Notes under the pieces: generated by a model | What the model was told of the DNA's origin: nothing | The model's database searches: none | What the model saw: only the letters and a program-made list of their open reading frames with translations | Translations under genes and position numbers: made by a program | Source: Deinococcus sp. | GTDB lineage: Bacteria > Deinococcota > Deinococci > Deinococcales > Deinococcaceae | Assembly: GCA_965261005.1 (NCBI GenBank) | Contig: OZ253375.1 | Location: 1,920,001 to 1,984,000, forward strand | Direction: 5' to 3' | Length of the DNA stretch: 64,000 bases | In this document: piece by piece, positions 10,091 through 20,681 of the stretch | How the letters are laid out: each line of letters starts with the position of its first letter | How positions within the stretch are numbered: position 1 is the first letter of the stretch

Positions 10091-10430
10091 GCGCGAGCGC
10101 GCGGCGGCGGGTGAGGCGTGGCAAGATCAGGGCTTTGTCTTCGCCTCTGAGTTGGGCGGCCAGACGGACCCTCGCACCCTGTACGGTTGGTTTAGGGCCA
10201 TTGTGGATAAGGCCGGCGTGCCCACCATCCGCTTTCACGATCTCAGGCACACCGCCGCCTCGCTCATGGTCCGGCAAGGCATCAGCGCCAAGACGGTAAG
10301 CGACCGGCTGGGCCATAAGGACGTGGCCTTTACCCTGCGCGTCTACGCCCATCTCTACGATGACCAAAGAGAAGAGGCGGCCTTTGACCTGAGCGACCTC
10401 TACCCCCTCGCGGCGGGCGGGCCAAACTAG
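10090..10430 (+). pseudogene. C-terminal remnant of a phage/ICE tyrosine integrase
   Basis: AGEAWQDQGFVF...RFHDLRHTAAS...LGHKD...TLRVYAH; N-terminal two-thirds missing; lies next to the tRNA 3' end. Confidence 0.88.
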
Positions 10431-10505
10431 CCCTTTTCGGGCCGGTTGTGACGCGGTTGTGACAATCGGGCCGTTGTGACAGAAAACCAAGAGGCGCTGA
10501 ATGCA

Positions 10506-10531
10506 AAAAACCCCGCCTCACACGGGGTTTT
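10506..10531 (-). terminator. Intrinsic terminator downstream of tRNA-Lys
   Basis: AAAACCCCG...CGGGGTTTT hairpin. Confidence 0.7.
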
Positions 10532-10534
10532 CTC

Positions 10535-10610
<76 letters not shown>

Positions 10611-10623
10611 GTTGGCAGAGGGT

Positions 10624-11894
<1,271 letters not shown>

Positions 11895-12111
11895 GCTGCC
11901 CGCTCTCCAAGGGAGCGTTCAGCGTACCGAGACGCCCGCTGCACAGCAGCGAGCGGCGCAGTACGCTGAACGTGACCAACCTCGTGCTGCCTGTGGGCGG
12001 CCTTGGAGACGCCTCGCGTACTTCCTCAGAGGTTGGTCCCCTCTTGACAAGAGACACCGTTGCTCCGCTAGAAAAATTTCCGACGAGGTCCAGAAATTTT
12101 CGGAATTCGTA

Positions 12112-14382
12112 TCACTTCACCCGCGCCGGAATGGTCAGGCTGCCCGACTGGCCGGGCAACAGCTGGCCGCAGACGGTCACGGCGTCCACGCTGTAGAGCG
12201 GGCGTCCGGTGGTCGCGTCGGTGGTGGGCGTGACGCTGCTGGTAGCGCCGCTGGGGCACTTGAGGGTGGCGTTGCCGTTCGCGAGCAGGTTGGGGGCGAA
12301 CAGGTCGCGTACGAGGCTCTTGGTGGCGTTGGTGTCGCCGGCGTTCGTGAAGGTCAGCACGAATTCCAGCACGTCCTGCGGCTTGCCCTGAATGGTACCG
12401 CTCGACGCCGCGCCGCTCTGGGTCACGTTGCGCACCGTCTTGGCGAGGCTGAGGCTGCTCAGGGCGGCGCGCGTCGTCAGGTCCACGCTGGAGACGTTGT
12501 TGCTGCTGGCCGTGCCGTCGTTGGGGTCGGTGGCGTCCTGGGCGCGTGTCACGGTCGCCGTGTTGGTGATGACCGTGCCGTTCGCAACACCGGTGCTCAC
12601 GGTCGCCACGACGTTCACCACGACCTCGGCGCCTCCGGTCAGGGTGACGGCCGTGTTGACGGCGCCGCTGCCGCCCGTACTGGCGCAGCCGCTCGCGCAG
12701 GTCCAGGTCATGGCGCTGACGCCCGCCGGCAGGGGGTCGGTCAGGGTCGCCGTGAGGGGGCCGGGCGTGCCGGCGCTCAGGTTCTGGGCGCGCAGTTGGT
12801 AGTACACCTTGCGCCCGCTCGCCGCGCCGGTGCTGCTGGTCGTCTTGACCACCCGGATGTCGGCCTGGCGCACCACCACCGCGTTGCCGCTGATAGCCGG
12901 GCTGGAAGGGTAGTAGGCCCAGGTGTCAATGATGTTGTCGTTGCCGAAGCCGGCAGCTGAGCCGTCGCCCCAGCTGTGCGCTGGAGACGCGCTGCTGGAC
13001 ACGACGCCCTTGGGCGTGAACAGCGGGTTGGACGGCGTGTTGCCGAGCAACGGGGGGCTGGTGTTGTCGTTCCAGTACACCCGGCCGGCGTCGCTGTCCA
13101 CGTCCGTGGTGGCAGCCTGGTTTTGGCGGCTGATCCACAAACCCTTAGAATTTTCCACGTCCAGCAGCGGAAAGTGAATCTCGCCGCCGAACAGCTTGAC
13201 GCTGGCGGTGTAGCTGGCCCCCGACACGGGCACCGGGTTGCCCGCCCCGTCGAGGCCGTCCCAAGAGGCGGTGTTGCCTCCCGGCGCGGCGGTGCCGTAC
13301 AGCACGCGGTCGGTTGCGCCGGCCGTCTGGGACAGCGGAATGGTCAGGCGGTAGGCAAAGGGGGTTGTGCCGGGGTTGGTGAAGCTGAAGCTGCCGCCCG
13401 ACAGGTAGCCGTTCGTGGACCCGGCGTAGCCGGCGGTGCCGTCGCGCCCGGTGAAGCTCAGGTTGGTGGGTATGGGCGGCAAGGTAGGCGTGGTCGGACG
13501 CAGCCACTCGCCGCTTGGCGAGGTGGCGGGCAGGGCCGCGCTGGGCGGGTTGAGAAACAGCTTGGCGGTGTACTCGGTTGTGGTGTCGGCGGCGCCCGGA
13601 CTCAGAAAGTTGGTGTTGGTCACGGGCGCGCTTTGATAGCTGGGGGTGTTGGCCGCCGTGCCGTCGCGCAGGCCACGGTTGTTGGCGAAGAAGATGTAAC
13701 CGAACGGGTCAATCAACTGCTTCACCTGATATTGGTAGCCGTCGCGGGTCTGGGCCGTGACGTTCAGGTTGATGGTGATGCCGTTGCCACCCGCGTTGAG
13801 CGCGAAGTACGTGGCGTACACCCGCCCCTTTTGCTCGGCGTTGGCCGAGGACAGCACGCTGACGTCCCACGCGGCGATGGTGGCGTCCGTGGCGGTGGGC
13901 GTGGGCCACGCGGCGCTGGCGAGGGTCGCCGTCGGGTTTTTGTTGCTGGTGGCTGCGGGCGCCAGGAACTCGATACGGTAAAGGGCGGTGCTGGTCGGGG
14001 CGTAGGTGCAGGCGGTGTAGCCGCCCGTGTACGCCAAGCTCGGCCCCAAGTCTTCCTGGGCGCGGGTGGAGATCAGGCCGCAGGTGGTGCCGGTGAAGCT
14101 CGCCAGCGCCGCCGTGCCGGTGAGGGTATAGACGTTGATGGCCGCCGTTCCGAGGCCTATGCCGCTCTGTCCCAGCGCCAGCTTCTCGCCGTTTTGAACG
14201 TAGGCGTAGAGGGTCGTCTTGCGCACGACCCCGGCGGTGACCGCGTTGTTGTTGTAGCCCGTCTCCAAAAAGGCGCGGTAATCGGTTGTTCCCTTGCCCA
14301 GCAAGTCGCGGGTGCCCTCGGCGTGGGCGAGGGAGGGCAGCAGGGCCAGGCCCAGCGCGCACAGCGACAACAAGCGTTTCAT
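12112..14382 (-). CDS. Secreted DUF11-domain protein, putative filament tip/adhesin
   Basis: Signal peptide MKRLLSLCALG...AHA; large beta-rich N-terminal region; one complete and one C-terminally truncated DUF11/Ig-like domain. Confidence 0.7.
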   Translation of the reverse strand: MKRLLSLCALGLALLPSLAHAEGTRDLLGKGTTDYRAFLETGYNNNAVTAGVVRKTTLYAYVQNGEKLALGQSGIGLGTAAINVYTLTGTAALASFTGTTCGLISTRAQEDLGPSLAYTGGYTACTYAPTSTALYRIEFLAPAATSNKNPTATLASAAWPTPTATDATIAAWDVSVLSSANAEQKGRVYATYFALNAGGNGITINLNVTAQTRDGYQYQVKQLIDPFGYIFFANNRGLRDGTAANTPSYQSAPVTNTNFLSPGAADTTTEYTAKLFLNPPSAALPATSPSGEWLRPTTPTLPPIPTNLSFTGRDGTAGYAGSTNGYLSGGSFSFTNPGTTPFAYRLTIPLSQTAGATDRVLYGTAAPGGNTASWDGLDGAGNPVPVSGASYTASVKLFGGEIHFPLLDVENSKGLWISRQNQAATTDVDSDAGRVYWNDNTSPPLLGNTPSNPLFTPKGVVSSSASPAHSWGDGSAAGFGNDNIIDTWAYYPSSPAISGNAVVVRQADIRVVKTTSSTGAASGRKVYYQLRAQNLSAGTPGPLTATLTDPLPAGVSAMTWTCASGCASTGGSGAVNTAVTLTGGAEVVVNVVATVSTGVANGTVITNTATVTRAQDATDPNDGTASSNNVSSVDLTTRAALSSLSLAKTVRNVTQSGAASSGTIQGKPQDVLEFVLTFTNAGDTNATKSLVRDLFAPNLLANGNATLKCPSGATSSVTPTTDATTGRPLYSVDAVTVCGQLLPGQSGSLTIPARVK

Positions 14383-17300
14383 TTGCCACCTCCAAAGCCC
14401 GTACCGCCCAGCAGCAGATCGAGGCGCAGGTACACCCCCGGCTGGGTGGGTTCGGCCGTGAAGCCGCCGAAGCCGCCGAAGTTGTAGCCCAGCGTGAGGC
14501 CGAAGCCCTTCACGGGAACCAAGGTCGCCTCCAGACCCAGGGCGCCCGCGAAGGTGCCGCCGACGGGTTGGTACACACCGCGCAACGCCGCGCCCACGCC
14601 GAGGGAATCGTTCAGCCACAGCCGCCCGCCGGCCGAGCCGGCCAGCGTGAGGCTGCCGGGGTCGCCGCCGCTGACCTTGGCGGCCAGCCCGCCGCGCAGG
14701 TCCCAATTGCGCAGGGAGCGGACGGCGTTCAGCTCGGCGCTGAGGTCGCCCTCCCCCTGCGGGGCGAGGGTGCCCGTGCGGGCGCGGGCGTAGCCCAGCA
14801 GCGACCAGTCATCCGCGCGCACGGCCAGGCCGAAGCCGTAGCGGTGCCCGGCGCCGATGGGCGTCACCTCGCTGAGGCCGTCGAAGCTGAGGGCGCCCCA
14901 AGTGGGCGAGAAGGTGGCGCCGCTGCGCAGGTCCGCCTTCCAGCCCCCCGCCACCTGCGCGGCGTCCGCGCCCAGCGTGAGAACAGCGTTCGTCTCCTTG
15001 TAGGCGAGGTCGAGGCTGGCGCTGGCGAGGCCGGCGTCCACGTTGGCGCGCAGACCCAGCGACAGGCGGTCGTTCAGGGGCCGCCGGGCGTCCACCCCGA
15101 AGCGCGCGCGGCCGTTGTCGCCGCTCGCGCCCGGCAGCTCGTACTGCGCGCTGTAGCTGAGGCCGTCCGCCAAGGTGCCGCCCAGGGTCAGGGCGGTGCG
15201 GTTCGTGGGGACGTCCCCGCCCAGGGTCAGGGTGTTGCTCAGGCCCAGGGCGAACTGCTCGGACAGGCGGTAGGCCAAGCCGAGGGTGGCGCCCGTGTAC
15301 CCGCGCGTCAAATCGTGGCCGAGCGCCAGGTTCACTTGCAGCGGGCCGCCGTCGTAGCTGCCGGCCAGGTTGAGACCGAGTCCCGTGCGGTCGCCGCCAT
15401 AGGCCGACAGCCCGGCGGCCAGCTTGAAGGGGGCGCCCTGATAAGCGAGGCCGACCGTCGCGCTCTCCCCCGCCGTCTCGCCGGCGTGCAGCTCGGCGCT
15501 GCCGCTGGCGCTGAGGGCGTTGCCCAAAACGGTCCCCAGCGGCACGCTGACGCTCACGGCCGCCCCGCTGCCCGCGCCCGAGCCGCCGGGACCGGCGTAG
15601 CCGGCCCCCTCGCTGTGGGCGGTGGCGGTGGCGTTCACGGCCCCCTGGTAGTTGAGGGCGCCCTCGGCGCGCAGGCCCCCGGCGACAGCGACCACGGCCG
15701 TACCGCTGAGGGGACCTTGGCGGCCGGCCACGCGCACGCCCACGGCCACCTGGCCGTTTTCGGAGACGGCGCCCGCGCTGAGGGTGCCGCCCAGCACGTC
15801 CGCGCTCAGGTGGGCGCCGAAGGCGAGGCCGCCCGACCCGCCCAGAACCTGGTAGCGCGCCTCCAAGAGCACATTCAACCCCTCAGGCGTGGTGGCGACC
15901 AGGGAGGCCGCCAGGGTAATCACGCCGGTCTCGGGATCGAGGACGTAGTCGCGGTCGCGCCGCAGCTCGGTGCGGCGCACCTCGGCGCCGTTCAGCGAAA
16001 ATACCAGGTGCAGCCGCTCGGTGTTGGCGCGCGGCACTTGAGACAGCCGCAGCACGCGGGTGCCGTCCGGCACGAAGCGGTCGAGCCGCTCGCCGCCCGC
16101 CTGCGGGGCGAGGTAGCCGCCCAAGCGCACGTTGCCGCGCGTCTCGGCGTAGAGGGCGTCCCCGCTGGGCGGCGTGCCGAAGACCGGGTCCTGCGCCGCG
16201 CCGCGGGCGTACTCGGCCGCGAAGTCGGGGGCCTCGAAGCGCGCCGCCAGGGGGCCGTCCGCCGTCAGCGGGCGCCGGGGCGCGCTGGCGTCGCCGTAGG
16301 CGGGGTAGCGGGTCAGGGGCGTGCTGTCGTCGTGGACGCCGCGCGCGTCGGCCACGGCGGTCAGTTGGCCCGCGCCCAGGGGCGTCTCCAGCGTGCCGCG
16401 CCCGTCCAGAATCGCGCCCGCGCCCGATAAGGTCAGGCTGCCGGTGGCGCTCAGGGCGCCGTGCTGGCCGGCGGCGATGTTCAGCACTTCGGTTTGGGCG
16501 TGGCCGTTCACGCTCAACCTCAGCGTCACCCGGCGGGCGCCCGTCAGCGGGCGCAGCTTGAGGGTGCCCACGCCTTCTCTCAGGGCCACCTGAAAGCCGG
16601 CCTGGTTGGGGTCGGCGTCGGCCTCTTGGGCTTCGGCGCCCCCCTCGATCAGCACGCTCAGCGAGGGCAGCTCGGCGCGCAAACCGGCGGCGTCGCGCAC
16701 CTCGAAGCGCAGCGTCGGAACGGATACACCGTCGGCCGTCAAGTTTTCGCCCCTCACCACGGCGAGCGCCGCCGGGCCGGACACGAGGACGCGCACCTCG
16801 TCGCCGCCCGCGCGCAGCACGTTCTCGCCCGTGCGCAGCGGCACCGCCACGAACTCCAGCCGCGTGAGGCCGCTCACGGGGTCGCTGCCGCGCTTGCCGA
16901 TCTGCCGCGCCGGCACCGGCACGCCGTTGACGGTCAGGGTCTGGTCCGCCCCGCGCGGCAGTTGCACGACCACGTTGCTGCTGCCGCGCCCGCTGATGAC
17001 GCCGCCCGGCAAGGGAAAGCGGATGGGCGCCTCGCGCTCGGTCACGGTCGGAGTCGGGGCGGGCAGATCGGCGAAGCGCACACGGCCCTGCAAAGCCTCC
17101 TCGCGCCCACCGGCGTAGCGCGCGGCCAGGTCAACGGGGGCGGGGGCCGTGGGAACGGTGTCCCCGTCCAAGTTGAAGCGCAGCTCGCCGCTCAGCTTCT
17201 CCAGCGTCCAGTTCTCCAGCGTCCAGGCCAGGCGGCCGTCCGCCAGCACGGCGGGGTCGGGCAGGGGCGTTCCGTTCAGCTGGGCGCTGCCAGCTCGGTA

Positions 17301-19079
17301 CCCGGCGCCGGCGGGAAGGCGCAGGGCCAGCAGCCCCTCTTTGGCGTGGGCGGGCAGCTTGTAGGTCAGGCGCGCGTCGAGGCCACCGCCGACCGCCGTG
17401 AAGCTGACCTTCGCCTCGCCCTGGTTGGGCAGCAGCGGAAAGTCGGCGGGCGTGAGGCCGTAGGCGCTCACGAGCAGGGCGCCCCCCACGCCGAGGTTCC
17501 CCGGACGGGCTTCCGGCGCCCAGACGACGCTGCGCCCGTCCAAGCTGACGGGGTAGCGGCCCGGCGTCAGGTTCTCGAAGTGGTAGCGGCCCTGCGCGTC
17601 GCTCAGCACCTCGCCCACCCCGCCGAGCAGCACGCGCGCCCCGGCCACCGGGAGGTCGCGGTCCGCCGTATATGTACCGTCGCCGTCGTTGTCCACGTAC
17701 ACCCGGCCCAGCACGTCGGCCCGGCCGTTCAGGGTGACTCGGCGCACCTGCACGGCCGCGTCCGCCGGGTTGCTGGTCACGCTGGCGACCTGCCGGCCGT
17801 TCACGCCGAAGCCCTGTGCGCTGACGCGGTTGTCGAGCCGCCCGGAGGCGCCCGCCAACAAGCGCATGCGGTAGCGCAGCACGGCGCCGCCCCCCGGCGC
17901 GAGGTCGCCGATCTGGAACAGCAGCCCCTCCGGCGCGCTTTGGGGATCTGAGGTGGGCGCGCCGTTCAGGGTGGCGCTGCCCGCTTGGTAGCTCAGGTTG
18001 GAATCGGGCTGGTCGGTGACCACCACGCGCCGCACGCCGGCGCTCTGTGAGGGGTTGACCACCTTGACGGTGTAGGCCACCGTGTCGCCGGCCTCGTACT
18101 CACGGCTCTCGGCGCTCTTGCTCAGCAACAGCCCGCTGGAGAAGACCCGCACCGGGGCGGGCGCGCTGCTGACCGGCTCGGGCGTGTCGCCGCTGGTCGC
18201 GCTGGCGACGTTCTCGATCAGGGCGTCGTCGGGGGTCTCCGGCGCCACCCGCGCCGTCAGGCTGACGTGGCGCGTCTCGCCGGCCTCCAGGCGGACGAAG
18301 GTCCAGCTCAGCTTCTGCCCGTCCTGAGTCCCCGGCGCCGGCGTGGCCGACACGAAGTTCAGGCCAGCGGGCAGCGCGTCCGCCAGCGTCACGTTGGTCA
18401 CGGCGCCCGCGTTGGGGTTGGTCACGCTCAGGTCGTAGGTCACCGGGTCGCCCGCCTGCACCTGGGCGTCGCCGGTCACGCTCTTGGCGACCTTGAGCGA
18501 GCGCGCGGCGGTGTCGAGCGTGCTTTCCGCTGAAAGCGGCGCGTCCGCGCAGCCCGATCTCAGCCCGAAGCGGCTCTGCCCGCCGCCGGCGCCCTGCACC
18601 AGCAGCAGCAGCGCCGCGCTTTCGTCGGCCGCCAGGGTCAGGTCGCCGCTCAGCGTCTCGCCGGCGTCCACTTGGCCGTTCCCGTTGCGGTCCACCGCCA
18701 GCGTCAAGCGCCCCCGGAAATCTGAGGGCGCCGCCGCCGTCACCGGAAAGTCGAAGGCGGCGTTGCCCAGGTTCTTCAAGCTGAAGCCCAGCAGGGCGTC
18801 CTCGCCCAACTGGCCCGAGTGCGCCGCCTGACCGGCCGACAGCTCGGCCGCACACACGGCGGCGATGGTGACCTCGACAGGGTTGCTGCGCACCGCGCCG
18901 TCCTCGCTCTCGAAGGTGGCGACGTTGCTGACCCGCGCGCCGGCCGGGGTGCCCGCCGCGCCGGCGGGGGGGCTGAGCAGCGGCAGCAGGGCCAGCAGGC
19001 AGACCAGCAGACGCGCGGGCCGCGTGAAGCTGGCTTGCTGGGCCTGGGCTTGCTGAGCTTGCGAAAACGACCGGAACAT
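14379..19079 (-). CDS. Large DUF11/SdrD-B-repeat protein with a C-terminal outer-membrane beta-barrel-like region (anchor or usher-like)
   Basis: Signal peptide; GTPAG..V.N.A N-terminus; two DUF11 repeats; GRVYVDNDGDG SdrD-B motif; amphipathic beta strands ending GVYLRLDLL. Confidence 0.7.
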   Translation of the reverse strand: MFRSFSQAQQAQAQQASFTRPARLLVCLLALLPLLSPPAGAAGTPAGARVSNVATFESEDGAVRSNPVEVTIAAVCAAELSAGQAAHSGQLGEDALLGFSLKNLGNAAFDFPVTAAAPSDFRGRLTLAVDRNGNGQVDAGETLSGDLTLAADESAALLLLVQGAGGGQSRFGLRSGCADAPLSAESTLDTAARSLKVAKSVTGDAQVQAGDPVTYDLSVTNPNAGAVTNVTLADALPAGLNFVSATPAPGTQDGQKLSWTFVRLEAGETRHVSLTARVAPETPDDALIENVASATSGDTPEPVSSAPAPVRVFSSGLLLSKSAESREYEAGDTVAYTVKVVNPSQSAGVRRVVVTDQPDSNLSYQAGSATLNGAPTSDPQSAPEGLLFQIGDLAPGGGAVLRYRMRLLAGASGRLDNRVSAQGFGVNGRQVASVTSNPADAAVQVRRVTLNGRADVLGRVYVDNDGDGTYTADRDLPVAGARVLLGGVGEVLSDAQGRYHFENLTPGRYPVSLDGRSVVWAPEARPGNLGVGGALLVSAYGLTPADFPLLPNQGEAKVSFTAVGGGLDARLTYKLPAHAKEGLLALRLPAGAGYRAGSAQLNGTPLPDPAVLADGRLAWTLENWTLEKLSGELRFNLDGDTVPTAPAPVDLAARYAGGREEALQGRVRFADLPAPTPTVTEREAPIRFPLPGGVISGRGSSNVVVQLPRGADQTLTVNGVPVPARQIGKRGSDPVSGLTRLEFVAVPLRTGENVLRAGGDEVRVLVSGPAALAVVRGENLTADGVSVPTLRFEVRDAAGLRAELPSLSVLIEGGAEAQEADADPNQAGFQVALREGVGTLKLRPLTGARRVTLRLSVNGHAQTEVLNIAAGQHGALSATGSLTLSGAGAILDGRGTLETPLGAGQLTAVADARGVHDDSTPLTRYPAYGDASAPRRPLTADGPLAARFEAPDFAAEYARGAAQDPVFGTPPSGDALYAETRGNVRLGGYLAPQAGGERLDRFVPDGTRVLRLSQVPRANTERLHLVFSLNGAEVRRTELRRDRDYVLDPETGVITLAASLVATTPEGLNVLLEARYQVLGGSGGLAFGAHLSADVLGGTLSAGAVSENGQVAVGVRVAGRQGPLSGTAVVAVAGGLRAEGALNYQGAVNATATAHSEGAGYAGPGGSGAGSGAAVSVSVPLGTVLGNALSASGSAELHAGETAGESATVGLAYQGAPFKLAAGLSAYGGDRTGLGLNLAGSYDGGPLQVNLALGHDLTRGYTGATLGLAYRLSEQFALGLSNTLTLGGDVPTNRTALTLGGTLADGLSYSAQYELPGASGDNGRARFGVDARRPLNDRLSLGLRANVDAGLASASLDLAYKETNAVLTLGADAAQVAGGWKADLRSGATFSPTWGALSFDGLSEVTPIGAGHRYGFGLAVRADDWSLLGYARARTGTLAPQGEGDLSAELNAVRSLRNWDLRGGLAAKVSGGDPGSLTLAGSAGGRLWLNDSLGVGAALRGVYQPVGGTFAGALGLEATLVPVKGFGLTLGYNFGGFGGFTAEPTQPGVYLRLDLLLGGTGFGGGK

Positions 19080-19183
19080 AACACTCCTTCAAAGGTGAAA
19101 CAAGGCTTCTCGGTGAGCGCTCCCCAAACGGCACGTCTTGAGACCAAACATCTGCTCGGAACTGAACAATTGGAATGGAGGGT

Positions 19184-19205
19184 GGGGCGGGCACAGGCCC
19201 GCCCC
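19184..19205 (-). terminator. Intra-operon GC hairpin after the two major subunit genes
   Basis: GGGGCGGGC-ACAG-GCCCGCCCC, no U-tract. Confidence 0.5.
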
Positions 19206-19209
19206 CAGC

Positions 19210-20664
19210 TCAGTTGCTGCTGCCGGTGTCGCGCACCTTGACCGTGATGATCAGGGTCAGGGTGGCGTTCGGCGCCAAGCTGTCGGCGGCGTCCACGGCG
19301 CCGCTGGCGTTGCTGTCCAGGCCCACGTACACGAAGGGGCCGGAGGTGTCGGCGGTGCTGGTGGCGAGGCCGCTCGGGGCGCTGGCGTTCCAGCTCGCCT
19401 TGTCGAGGCTGTAAAGGACCGTGCCGGCGCTGGCGGCGCCCGAGAGCTTGGCGAACACGGTGTTCACCGGCACGTAGTCCTTGAGGGCGGGGAACTTCAG
19501 GGCGGCCGTGCCGGTGTTCTTGACGGTCACGGTGTAGCGCAGGTACTCGCCGGGTTTGGCGCCCGTGGCGCCGGCGGTGGGGGCGGCGCAGTTCAGGTCG
19601 AGGTGGCAGTTCTCCACGTCCTTGGTGACGGCGGCGGCGCCCCTCACGACCGTCACGCTGTCAGTGGCCGTTTGCGCGTTGCCGGCGCCAATCACGTACT
19701 CGTCGGTGGTGTTGCTGGTGCCCGTGAAGTACACCTTCAGGGCGTCCGTGGCCGCGTCGCCGGCGTTCTTGCCGGAGACGGCGCTGTAGGTCGCCGTGAC
19801 GGTCACGCCGCTGCCGGCCGCGATGGCGCCCCCGCTCAGGTAGCTTTGCAAGGCCGCCGTCAGGGTGGCCGCGCCCGTGCCGCTCCTGGTCCCGTCGCCG
19901 ACGACGTAGCTCACGCCCGCCAGCACGCCGGCGGGGTCGCTCAGGGTGCCCGAGCCGGCCAAGTCGCCGCTGGCAATCGGGGTGTTGCCGGTGTTGGTGA
20001 GGGTGTGCAGGCCGTCCACGGCGCCGGGCGAGGTGACCGTGAGGCTGCGGTCGGGGCTGAAGGTGAGGTTGTGAATGCTGCGGGTGCTGACCTCGTGGAC
20101 GTTGTTGCCGTCCGTCACGGGGTTGGCCGCCGTGCTGCCCGAGGAGGTGGCGGTGGGGTTGACGTAGTAAGCCTGGGCGCCGCCCGCGTTCGCCGGCACC
20201 GCGAACACCGCGATCAGGTTGGCGCTGCCGTCGGCGGGCAGGGCCACCTTGTTGCCCGTGACGGCGGTGCGGTTGCCCGCGCCGTCCACCGTGTAGTAGG
20301 TGACGCCCACGGGGGCGCCCGCGCCGTCGTCGGTCGTGAGGGTGTAGGTGTCGGGGCCGTTGCCGGCGTTGGTGAGGGTGTAATGCAGCTCGGCGTTTTG
20401 GCCGGGGGTGCCGCTCACGACCTCGCCGGGGGTGGCGCGGCTGCCGTCGGCGCCGAGCTGCACGGCGTAGACCTGCGTGACGGTCACGTTGACCTTGTTG
20501 GAGTCCTGGGCCTGGGTGGTGCCGGCGTCGTCGGTGTACTCGAAGGTGCCGGTGTTGGTGATGGTGCTGTTCGCCGGGGCGCCGGCGGCCAAGGCGGCGC
20601 CGGCGAGGGCAAGGAGCGAGGTGAGCAGGGCGGTTTTGAGCTTGTTCGTCTTGAGCTTGGTCAT
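19210..20664 (-). CDS. Secreted DUF11-like beta-sandwich protein, putative filament subunit 2
   Basis: Signal peptide; AGAPANSTITNTGTFEY N-terminus; C-terminal AKPGEYLRYTVTVKN...LKDYVPVNT domain. Confidence 0.72.
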   Translation of the reverse strand: MTKLKTNKLKTALLTSLLALAGAALAAGAPANSTITNTGTFEYTDDAGTTQAQDSNKVNVTVTQVYAVQLGADGSRATPGEVVSGTPGQNAELHYTLTNAGNGPDTYTLTTDDGAGAPVGVTYYTVDGAGNRTAVTGNKVALPADGSANLIAVFAVPANAGGAQAYYVNPTATSSGSTAANPVTDGNNVHEVSTRSIHNLTFSPDRSLTVTSPGAVDGLHTLTNTGNTPIASGDLAGSGTLSDPAGVLAGVSYVVGDGTRSGTGAATLTAALQSYLSGGAIAAGSGVTVTATYSAVSGKNAGDAATDALKVYFTGTSNTTDEYVIGAGNAQTATDSVTVVRGAAAVTKDVENCHLDLNCAAPTAGATGAKPGEYLRYTVTVKNTGTAALKFPALKDYVPVNTVFAKLSGAASAGTVLYSLDKASWNASAPSGLATSTADTSGPFVYVGLDSNASGAVDAADSLAPNATLTLIITVKVRDTGSSN

Positions 20665-20681
20665 GGCGGTCCTTGGGGCGC

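Noticed and set aside
14383..14706. Extended N-terminus of the 864-aa ORF
   Set aside because: It overlaps the upstream gene; the signal peptide begins at ATG 14382.
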